A DNA stretch of 39,349 nt from the NCBI GenBank assembly GCA_002717605.1, contig PBEE01000014.1:1-39349 (forward strand), given 5' to 3'. The translations under genes and the position numbers were made by a program. The DNA comes from Crocinitomicaceae bacterium (lineage in GTDB: Bacteria > Bacteroidota > Bacteroidia > Flavobacteriales_D > Sanyastnellaceae). The notes beneath the pieces were generated by a model. That model made no database searches and was not told where the DNA came from. It saw only the letters and a list, made by a program, of their open reading frames with translations. Positions 28,501 to 36,400 of this stretch are shown here, piece by piece (position 1 is the first letter of the stretch; each line of letters starts with the position of its first letter).

Positions 28501-29071
28501 TGTTGACTCTAATGCACCAGTATTAATGACACCATTAGATTCACTTTATTTTTATTGTTCTTACGATATGCCGCTTTGTGAAGATGCGCTAAATGAGTTA
28601 GAATTTATTGATGAGTGTGGGTCAAACATTTTAAATTATTCTTGTGAGGATGTGGTAATAGAGGGTATTTGTGAAGAGCAAAAATGTATGATTGAACGCA
28701 CTTATTATTGGTCAGATGGCTGTGGTAATTCATCCTCGTCAAATCAATATATTACAATTGAACAATCAGTTTTTGAGCCAATTTTTCCAACCGGAATTAC
28801 TCCTAATGGAGATGATGCAAATGAACATTATGTAATTCTAGATATAGGCCCTCAAATCTCACCAGGAGAGGGAGCTCCATGTGATTGGATTCCGGACACA
28901 CATTTAAGAGTTGTAAATAGATGGGGCCAAATTGTATTTGAAAAAAGCAATTATAGAAATGATTGGTCAGGGGTAAATAATAGCGGAGAGGCGTTGGCTC
29001 CAGGCACCTACTTTATCATCTTCGATGTAATGGGAAGGTCGTATACAAGCTTTGTTGACATCAGGAGATGA
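25550..29071 (+). CDS. Secreted HYR-like repeat protein (1173 aa) with T9SS type B sorting domain
   Basis: Signal peptide MFSSLHKSLLLLLLLILCFNFVHAQ. At least 9 well-conserved and about 3 degenerate repeats of the form D-T-T-x-P-x-[LI]-x-I-P-x-D-Y-T-x-E-C-S...A-x-D-N-C-G...G-x-C-x-G-x-Y...R-T-F-T-A-x-D-x-C-G-N...Q-x-I-T-[VI]. C-terminus FPTGITPNGDDANEHYVI...VVNRWGQIVFE...FVDIRR. Confidence 0.9.
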   Translation: MFSSLHKSLLLLLLLILCFNFVHAQICITPPDDLVWNCGEEDWFYVFTQTDDVIVHTCDDIDNQLFQQVELIVEVDTLDCSDPTAPNVVSRIHRTFLTSAIGQTSECGNWIVCATQTIDVVDFEAPEFTEFPNDTLINCHDWDLLDYLISGLFQVDFNDNCGVVDQTINLDTIIGICTSEREFQWEFILVDQCNNTRIDTHFVNVVDTIAPSIIFNPLQDEIEPFMCADLVVWPDLEADDLCSSTDDVEWGEINELELTCPHHLELSRWAVAEDDCGNIDSTEYIIEVFDDVPPTLIIPADYTAECSAEHPMEDASAYDKCGEAFITVEETIIPGSAVGDYTIVRTFTATDICGNASVGSQAITIVDTTPPELTIPDDYTIECSGEIILANAFAVDNCGPVTISVLEKIIPGLCEGSYSISRTFTAADDFGNSTSDTQVITVIDTTAPEITFMPEDYTAECSDEHPMEDVTGIDDCGEVSVSVLEKIYAGVCTGDYTISRTFTVSDDCGNAVVETQTITIVDMTSPVYSFVPADYTIECSEEIVLDEATATDNCGPVDINVDEVTLPGSCEGDYVISRTFTATDDCGNSTVAYQEITVIDTTAPEFTSVPTNYTGECSDDNPMDNATAIDNCGDVQIITIEEITPGMCTGDYLLTRTFTASDDCGNENSALQVITITDTTAPELTIPSDYTTECSDEILFDNAVAIDNCGEVIITVDESTESNGCSGSYVIQRTFTASDDCGNTVTDTQTITVIDTTPPQLDIPHSFTAECSDSYILEDAAATDNCGSVTITLDEEKVSGSCTGDYVINRTFTAVDDCGNTTSETQTITIIDSSPPVLSIPNSFAAVCSDDFPLDDATATDNCSNVTITVNEVITEGDCIGDYSISREFTATDECGNSSTGIQIITIVDNAAPILIIPDDYTAECSEDHPMSDASATDNCSSVNITIDEHTEFGDCAGEYIITRTFTATDECGNISSDVQTINIVDSNAPVLMTPLDSLYFYCSYDMPLCEDALNELEFIDECGSNILNYSCEDVVIEGICEEQKCMIERTYYWSDGCGNSSSSNQYITIEQSVFEPIFPTGITPNGDDANEHYVILDIGPQISPGEGAPCDWIPDTHLRVVNRWGQIVFEKSNYRNDWSGVNNSGEALAPGTYFIIFDVMGRSYTSFVDIRR
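26417..28504 (+). repeat. Nine tandem in-frame coding repeats of 228-234 nt (76-78 aa, HYR-like, 4-Cys)
   Basis: I located the first Asp codon of each unit at 26417, 26648, 26879, 27113, 27347, 27581, 27815, 28043 and 28274. A degenerate tenth unit starts at 28505. The nucleotide sequences are clearly diverged, so these are not recent duplications. Confidence 0.85.
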
Positions 29072-30012
29072 TTAGGGCAAGGCATATATTACTGACTCTC
29101 ATAATAGCATTGTTATGTGTAGACTTTAGTTATAGTCAACAAGACTATTTAGCCTCGCAATACAATTTCAACGCGTTGATGCTTAATCCTGCATACGCAG
29201 GCGCTCACCAGTACTTACAGACCTCAACGATGTATAGAAATCAATGGAAGATTGAGGGGGGCCCAACAACTCAAATTTTATGTGCAGACGGAAGGTTAAA
29301 AAAGGTTCCATTAGGCCTTGGGGTTACGTTTACATCTGACAAAATTGGAGTAGTAAGGGAAAGAGCAATAGGTCTTGATGCTAGTTATCACTTTAGAACG
29401 GGATGGGGTAAGTTTTCATTTGGCCTAAGGGGAGGTCATGTTGGATATTTTGCTGCTCTTGATGAGCTTGTTTATTGGGATGAAGATGATCCAATTTACA
29501 ACAATGGAAATATTAGAGAGAGTTTTTTGACACTTGGATTTGGAGCATTTGCTAGATCTAATAGCGGGAAATGGTTTTGGGGGATTTCAATTCCAGAATA
29601 CTATGCAAGAGATCATGTTTTAAGATCTAATCCAGAAACTAGGTTTTATAAGCGACATATTTATTTATACGGGGGAGGAATTGTAACGATGAATGAATCG
29701 ATTGATCTTAAACCAAGTGTGCTTGTTAGATTTATGGAGACTAATCCGATGTTAATGGACGCAAACCTTCATGTATCGGTAATGGATAAGAAAAGAAAGG
29801 GTATTCAGCTTTGGCTTGGTGCGGGTATTAGGACAAATAGAACGTACTTAGTTTCCTGTGAAATTAACCTCCCATATAATTTAAGAATGGGTTACTCTTT
29901 TGACGTTGCAGGCAAAGGATTATATCAGCATTTAGGTGCAACTCATGAAGTTCAGCTCGGTTTTAATTTTGGAGGGTCAACACCAATTATTCAAAGCCCA
30001 AGATATTTCTGA
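29068..30012 (+). CDS. T9SS membrane protein, PorP/SprF family
   Basis: 314 aa. Signal peptide, then the family-typical N-terminus QQDYLASQYNFNALMLNPAYAGAHQYLQTSTMYRNQWKIEGGPTTQ. Predicted beta-barrel ending in Phe (SPRYF). ATGA overlap with the upstream cargo gene. Confidence 0.88.
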   Translation: MIRARHILLTLIIALLCVDFSYSQQDYLASQYNFNALMLNPAYAGAHQYLQTSTMYRNQWKIEGGPTTQILCADGRLKKVPLGLGVTFTSDKIGVVRERAIGLDASYHFRTGWGKFSFGLRGGHVGYFAALDELVYWDEDDPIYNNGNIRESFLTLGFGAFARSNSGKWFWGISIPEYYARDHVLRSNPETRFYKRHIYLYGGGIVTMNESIDLKPSVLVRFMETNPMLMDANLHVSVMDKKRKGIQLWLGAGIRTNRTYLVSCEINLPYNLRMGYSFDVAGKGLYQHLGATHEVQLGFNFGGSTPIIQSPRYF

Positions 30013-32417
30013 TGGAGTGGGTTAGAGAATATATTATTTGGACTTGTTTATTTGTCCTAACAGGATGTTCAACACATTATTATTTAGAAGGATCTGCACT
30101 TGATAGTCAAGGAGCATATATGGAAGCGGCTGAACTGTATGAAAAGGCAGCAAAAGGAAAATTGAACCTTGAAGCTTACGAAGCCCTTGTACCAATCTAT
30201 ACGGAATTAAATGCACACGAAAGTGCACTCAGAAGTTTGGATTCTCTAGACTCTAATATAGGTCTAACAAACGAGCAGCTTTTTATGAAGGCGGAAGCTC
30301 ATATGGCTCTTGAGCAATATGATTTAGCAAAAGAGGCTTTAGAAGAATTGGATAAATCGCCTGAAGTTATTTCTAGGCTGAATTCAATAAATACAATTAG
30401 CTCTAGGCAAGCAGATAGCATTTATTATACAGTAAGAAAAATTGATATTATCAATGTTAGTAATAGTGCGCCGGACATTGCAAGTGCGGCACTTCCTCAC
30501 AGAGTTGATGACATATTATACTTTGTTGCTGAGAGCCCAAGGGTTTTTAAAAATCAGCGTCAAGGGAAGGACACTTATATAGACGACTACACTGGAAATA
30601 GGTTGATGGATTTGTGGAAAGGAACGGTTGTAGACACATCGGGATTTGGTGGCCCCATTGAATTAATGTCGACTCCAATGTTAGATGTAAACACAGAATT
30701 TCACGACGGAATAGTAGCTCATCACCAAGGCGATACAACAGGAGTTTTAGGAAAGACTTATATAAAGCCCGATGAGTCATTTATGGAAACATTAAGTAGA
30801 CCAGCTGGATATAGCATTTTTAGACCTATTCAGCTTTTCCATACAGACCTTGTGATTGATTCGCTAGGGAATAAATTTTGGGATACTAAGGACAGACTTC
30901 TTTTCTGTGACGACGATTACATGTTTGCTCACCCTGCTTTGTCTCCTGATGGCAAAACTCTTTATTTCACTTCTGACATGCCTGGTGGATATGGTGGAAT
31001 GGATATTTGGCAATCAGAAAAGAAACGAGGGATATGGAAATCGCCAACAAATCTTGGAAGTGTTATAAATACTTCTAGTGATGAGGCATTCCCTACTATG
31101 AGACACAATGACACATTGTATTTTAGCTCTAATGGTCATCTGGGTCTTGGAGGTCTGGATATAGTTTATGCCATAAGATCTGAGGGCGAGGATTGGCAAG
31201 AGGTTTATGATGAATTTCCAAGTCCTATAAACTCATCAAGAGATGATTTTGGCTTACAACTAGATCCAAAAGGTGACGGTGGAATATTTGCTTCAGATAG
31301 AACTGGAATAGATGCACTATATCACTTTGCGAGCTATGAACCTGAGATAACTCTTAAAATTGAAACGGTACACGAAGCCGATTTTTCACCATGGGGAGAG
31401 GTTGACGCAGTATTAGAAATGCTAGACTCAAAGTTTGCAGAAGAATTCGAAACAGATAGCTCTGGTAAGTGGACAATGGTTGTTGAGCGAGGTGAAACGT
31501 TTATGATTCAATGTCCAAGTTCTTTAGGATATTCAGCAAGGCCTTTTGACACGCCTGAAGACCAAACAATCAAAGAAATCACAATTGTTGTACCTATTCC
31601 AGTAGTTATCCCAATGGGCTGTATGGATGCTGAGGCACTAAATTACGATCCAAATGCGATAGTAGATGACGGATCGTGTCAATACTATGTTCCTGAGTAT
31701 GAGCCAGAACTTGTTGTAGAAGAAGTTGAGTCAGAGGACGAATCATCAGAAGATGAACAAGAAGAAATAATTACAATTCCTGACGATATTATTGGTTGTA
31801 CAATTCCTCATGCTTGTAATTACGATCCAGTAGCAACTAAGAATGATGGGTCATGTGAATATGAGAGCTGTATGACGGTTACTGAAGACATCGAAGATCT
31901 TGAAGAGGGAGATGTTGTAGAGTTGAAAATCCATTGGGATCTTGATAAATATTTTGTCAGAGAATCCGATAAACCTGAAATAGAAAAATTTGTGACATAT
32001 CTTAAGTCAAACCCAAATCTAAATGTTCTTTTAATGTCACACTGTGATATTAGAGCTACTCACAAATACAACGATAGATTAAGTCAAAACAGAGCAAATG
32101 CTATAAAGCGCGCACTTATAGAAGAAGGAGTGCAGGAGAATAGACTAATATCTTATGGAGCAAGTGAAATGTTCCCAATTATTACTTGTGAAACAGCTGC
32201 TAGCTGTTCTGAGGAGGAACACCAGATCAACAGAAGATCTGTTGCTAACATCCTTCACACTGGTGAAAACGTGGTTATTCATAGAGTTAAGAAAGGGGAA
32301 ACTCTTTATGGTCTATATAATAAGTATGGAGTTAGCTATGAGCAAATAAAATCTTGGAACGCACTTGTTGGCAATAGCATGCGACCAGGTCAAGACATAC
32401 TCATATACCTTCCTTAA
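30012..32417 (+). CDS. Multidomain outer-membrane-associated lipoprotein: TPR-like N-terminus, PD40 (TolB-like) repeats, two NYDP Cys motifs, OmpA_C peptidoglycan-binding domain, C-terminal LysM
   Basis: 801 aa. Lipobox CLFVLTGCS. PD40-like repeats HPALSPDGKTLYFTSDMPGGYGGMDIWQS, EAFPTMRHNDTLYFSSNGHLGLGGLDIVYA and DDFGLQLDPKGDGGIFASDRTGIDALY. OmpA_C region HCDIRATHKYNDRLSQNRANAIKRALIEEGV...INRRSV. LysM region HRVKKGETLYGLYNKYGVSYEQIKSWNAL...GQDILIYLP. TGATG overlap with the porP-like gene. Confidence 0.85.
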   Translation: MEWVREYIIWTCLFVLTGCSTHYYLEGSALDSQGAYMEAAELYEKAAKGKLNLEAYEALVPIYTELNAHESALRSLDSLDSNIGLTNEQLFMKAEAHMALEQYDLAKEALEELDKSPEVISRLNSINTISSRQADSIYYTVRKIDIINVSNSAPDIASAALPHRVDDILYFVAESPRVFKNQRQGKDTYIDDYTGNRLMDLWKGTVVDTSGFGGPIELMSTPMLDVNTEFHDGIVAHHQGDTTGVLGKTYIKPDESFMETLSRPAGYSIFRPIQLFHTDLVIDSLGNKFWDTKDRLLFCDDDYMFAHPALSPDGKTLYFTSDMPGGYGGMDIWQSEKKRGIWKSPTNLGSVINTSSDEAFPTMRHNDTLYFSSNGHLGLGGLDIVYAIRSEGEDWQEVYDEFPSPINSSRDDFGLQLDPKGDGGIFASDRTGIDALYHFASYEPEITLKIETVHEADFSPWGEVDAVLEMLDSKFAEEFETDSSGKWTMVVERGETFMIQCPSSLGYSARPFDTPEDQTIKEITIVVPIPVVIPMGCMDAEALNYDPNAIVDDGSCQYYVPEYEPELVVEEVESEDESSEDEQEEIITIPDDIIGCTIPHACNYDPVATKNDGSCEYESCMTVTEDIEDLEEGDVVELKIHWDLDKYFVRESDKPEIEKFVTYLKSNPNLNVLLMSHCDIRATHKYNDRLSQNRANAIKRALIEEGVQENRLISYGASEMFPIITCETAASCSEEEHQINRRSVANILHTGENVVIHRVKKGETLYGLYNKYGVSYEQIKSWNALVGNSMRPGQDILIYLP

Positions 32418-32447
32418 ATCCTTGGGCTAAACCTTACCTTAGCAATT

Positions 32448-33446
32448 ATGTCAAAAAGTCTTAGAATTGGTTTATTGGGGAGCGGTAGCTGGGCGACGGC
32501 TTTGGCCAAAATGATTTGTGAGAATACGGATAAGCTTAATTGGTGGATACGTAGTGAGGACATGATGGAGCATTTGGCTCAATTTGGGCACAATCCCAGA
32601 TATATAGAATCAATACTCTTCACAAAAGAGAAACTAAACCTCTCTTTGGATATGCAGGAGGTAATAGATAGTAGCGATGTGGTAATCATTGCTATACCAT
32701 CAATTTATCTAGACGCTGTTTTTAAGGAATATAAACCCCTCGGACTTGATAATAAGCTGGTTTTTTCTACAATAAAAGGGATGATACCGCAATACAATAG
32801 TATTCCTGCGAGGTATTTACACAAGAGCTTGAATATTCCTTATGAAAATATTGGGATAATTTGTGGACCCTGCCACGCAGAAGAGGTAGCAAGAGAACGG
32901 CTCTCCTACCTGACCGTAGCATGCCCCGATATAACAAAAGCGAAACAGTTTGCACCGTATTTACAAACTAGATATATCAGGGTGAATACTTCTGATGATG
33001 TATTTGGAGCTGAGCTTGCAGCTGTACTAAAGAATGTGTATGCAGTGGGGGCTGGCTTGGCCCATGGTCTGGGCTATGGAGACAATTTCATATCAGTTCT
33101 GATATCGAATGCGGCAATTGAGATGAAGCGTTTTATCGATACTGTGCACGACATTGATAGGAATATTAAAAGTAGTCCATATCTTGGTGATTTGTTGGTA
33201 ACAGCATACAGTGTAAACAGTAGAAACAGGGCTCTTGGCACAATGGTTGGCAATGGCTACACAGTTAAATCGGCGGTTATTGAGATGAAGATGGTGGCAG
33301 AGGGAATGACTGGCGCAAAAGGCATTAATGAGATGAACAAAAAATTCCAAGTAGATATTCCAATTGTGGACGCAGTTTACAGGATTTTACACGAACGCAT
33401 GTCTCCTGTCTTGGAAATGAGGCTTTTGTCTGATAACTTGAGCTAG
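32448..33446 (+). CDS. gpsA: NAD(P)H-dependent glycerol-3-phosphate dehydrogenase
   Basis: 332 aa. Motifs IGLLGSGSWATALA (NAD binding), GPCHAEEVA and LKNVYAVGAGL. Confidence 0.9.
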   Translation: MSKSLRIGLLGSGSWATALAKMICENTDKLNWWIRSEDMMEHLAQFGHNPRYIESILFTKEKLNLSLDMQEVIDSSDVVIIAIPSIYLDAVFKEYKPLGLDNKLVFSTIKGMIPQYNSIPARYLHKSLNIPYENIGIICGPCHAEEVARERLSYLTVACPDITKAKQFAPYLQTRYIRVNTSDDVFGAELAAVLKNVYAVGAGLAHGLGYGDNFISVLISNAAIEMKRFIDTVHDIDRNIKSSPYLGDLLVTAYSVNSRNRALGTMVGNGYTVKSAVIEMKMVAEGMTGAKGINEMNKKFQVDIPIVDAVYRILHERMSPVLEMRLLSDNLS

Positions 33447-36400
33447 TGATTTTGAAGTTATTAAATAGAATTGCTAAAGCAGCGCTCATTATGATGGGCG
33501 TTTCTTTTATCTATTTATCTCCTCTTTTAGCCCAAAACCACGACATATCATTTCTCCCAAACGAAGGACAGTGGGATGATTTTGTTCAGTACAGGGCTGA
33601 TCTTAGCAACGGTGTGTTTTGGATGGAAGAAGCTGGGTTTACGGCCTGGATTGCAGGAGAGGGTTACGACGAGATTTGGGCTCATGAGGATTTTGATGGA
33701 GCTGGATACCCCCAAGAGCTACACTCGCACGCCTGGAAAACCACATTCCTCAATGCAAACACCCAATCATTAAAAACAGGTGCAAACGAACTAGGCTACA
33801 AAGTCAATTACCTAAGAGGTAATGACCCACATAAATGGGTCGAGGGCCTTGATCCAGTGAGCACAGTTATATACAAGGGAGTTTGGCCTAGTATCAATCT
33901 CAGAATGGACGGCTCTGGCAGAGGCTCCCAAAGGCTAAAGTACGACTGGATAATCAAACCAGGAGGTGACCCTGACGACATAGCAATTAGACACGACGGC
34001 ACAGAGTTAAACCTCAGATCCGATGGATCACTCTACCACTCACTAGGCTCAACAGGCGAAATCATCGAAGGCGCTCCTTTTGCATTTCAACTCGATGGTT
34101 CAAAGCTCATCGAAGTCGAATGTGAGTACAAGGTCAAATCAAATCGTGACGGCTCAAGCCTTGTCACATTCAAGCTCGGCGACTATAATCATGCCCTTGA
34201 CCTCATCATAGATCCTGATATTGTCTTTGCAACATACATTGGCGCAACCCAAGCAAACTGGGGGTTCACTGCAGCATTTGACGAGGATGGACACGCCATT
34301 GCTGGCGCTGCTCTTTGGGAAGGAGGGATGGGTGAATACCCAACTACAGCAGGAGCGATATCTACAACATTCGACTTTGCTGACGCGCCATTCGACATTG
34401 GAATTACGGTATTTACACCAGATGGATCAGGGATAGTTTATTCAACTATTGCTGGAGGAGATGGGATGGATGTGCCCTCGTCATTAGTAGCTGATTCCAG
34501 TGGCGATATTTATGTGTTTGGCACAACAGGGTCCAGTGATTTTCCTGTTACATCCGGATCATATGATGGTGGTTTTAATGGAGGTCCATATGTAGATTTA
34601 AATACTTGTTGCTTCTTCCCCGGATTTTTTGAGTCTGGCTCTGACCTATTTATCTTAAAGTTTGCTTCAGGTACTGGAGGGCTCCTTTCAGGCACTTATG
34701 TTGGAGGGTCAGCAAATGACGGAGTGAATTCGGGAAGCTTATTAAACTTTAATTATGGCGACGTTTTTAGAGGAGAAATCAATGTCGACGAATTAGATAG
34801 GCCTTGGGTAGCTACAGTGACTTCTTCAACAGACTTCCCAATGGTCGCAGGGCCATACTTGGATTACAACGGCGGAAGTACTGACGGCGTTTTATTTAGG
34901 ATGTCTCCCAATTTAGGAGCAATGGAATGGTCTTCATATGTTGGCGGTACATCTGACGATGCAGCATACGCAGTACAGTTTACGTCTGACTTTGAGCCCG
35001 TTGTATGCGGCGGCACTAAAAGCCTTGACTACCCAGCCCTTGGGTCGTCGTATCAATTTGGGATTGGAGGTGGAGTCGACGCGTTTATTACACGCTTCCC
35101 AAACGGAGGGGGCAATCCCTTAGCTAGTACTTTCTTTGGGACATCATCATATGATCAATCTTATTTTGTTCAAATTGATGAGGAAGATTTAATATATATT
35201 TTCGGTCAAACTGAAGGCAATCTCGAAGTTACAGATGGTGTTTTTGACATTACGCCAAATGCAGGCCAGTTCGTAGCTTGTTTTGACACTCAGCTTCAAA
35301 ATCTTGAATGGAACACACGCGTTGGTAGCATTGGATTTAACGATGGAATTGAGATTTCTCCTACAGCTTTTTTAGTTAGCGAATGTGGCCAAATTTACAT
35401 GAGTGGTTGGGGAGGAGTTACAAATTCTGCAAATGCAAATGGGGGAGGCACTCAAGGTCTTCCGACAACATCAGACGCGTATCAAAGCTCTACGGACGGA
35501 AGTGATTTTTGGCTTGGAGTACTCAATCCAGGAGCCGAAGAACTCATTTATGGGTCGTTCTTTGGAGGCCCAACATCGGCAGAACACGTTGACGGAGGTA
35601 CTTCAAGATTTGATAAAAATGGAACAGTATATCAAGCGGTTTGCGCAGGGTGTGGTGGTAATAATGATTTCCCAACAACCCCTGGAGCTTGGAGTAATTT
35701 CAACAATAGCTTTAACTGCAATTTAGGTGTATTCAAGTTTGAGTTAGGTACGATTCAACCTGACATAGATCTTGTTGCACCTGATATTATTTGCCCAGAG
35801 CAACCTATACAGTTTGTAAATAATTCTCTAGGTGGTGGGGAGTATTTTTGGGATTTTGGAGACGGGAATACTTCAACTGAATTCGAGCCATTTCACGTTT
35901 ACGAGACTAATGGAGAATGGGTGGTTACTATGACCGTGTCAGATCCATTAGGCTGTCTTGATCCTCAAACGGCAACAATTGGTTTATTCATTGAAGACCC
36001 TCCTGCACCAACAATTGATGAGGTTCTTCCGATTTGCAATGGAGAAGAAGCTCAACTCTACGCTTGGGGATCTGATGATTTGTATTGGGCCCCGGACCCA
36101 ACATTGAGCGCAACAGATATTCCAGACCCTATTGCAACGCCATCAGAAACTACTACATACTATGCCGTTGACGAAAACGAATGTGGCCAAGTGCAAGTTG
36201 AGGTAACAGTTGAGGTAAGCGATGTAACACTTGAACTCAACACTCCAGGTGTATCAATTTGCATAGGCGAGAGCATTAACCTAACCGCAGAAGGCGGAGA
36301 GGAATACGCTTGGGAACCACCACTTGGTATTAGCGACCCAACGTCGGATAACGTAATGGCCTCGCCGTTTGTCACAACAGATTATACCGTAACAGCTGTA

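Noticed and set aside
26417-28504. Regular ~231-bp periodicity, considered as a CRISPR array or satellite DNA
   Set aside because: The period is far longer than a CRISPR repeat+spacer unit, and there are no short exact repeats. The array is in frame and translates into conserved 4-Cys HYR-like protein domains within one long ORF.
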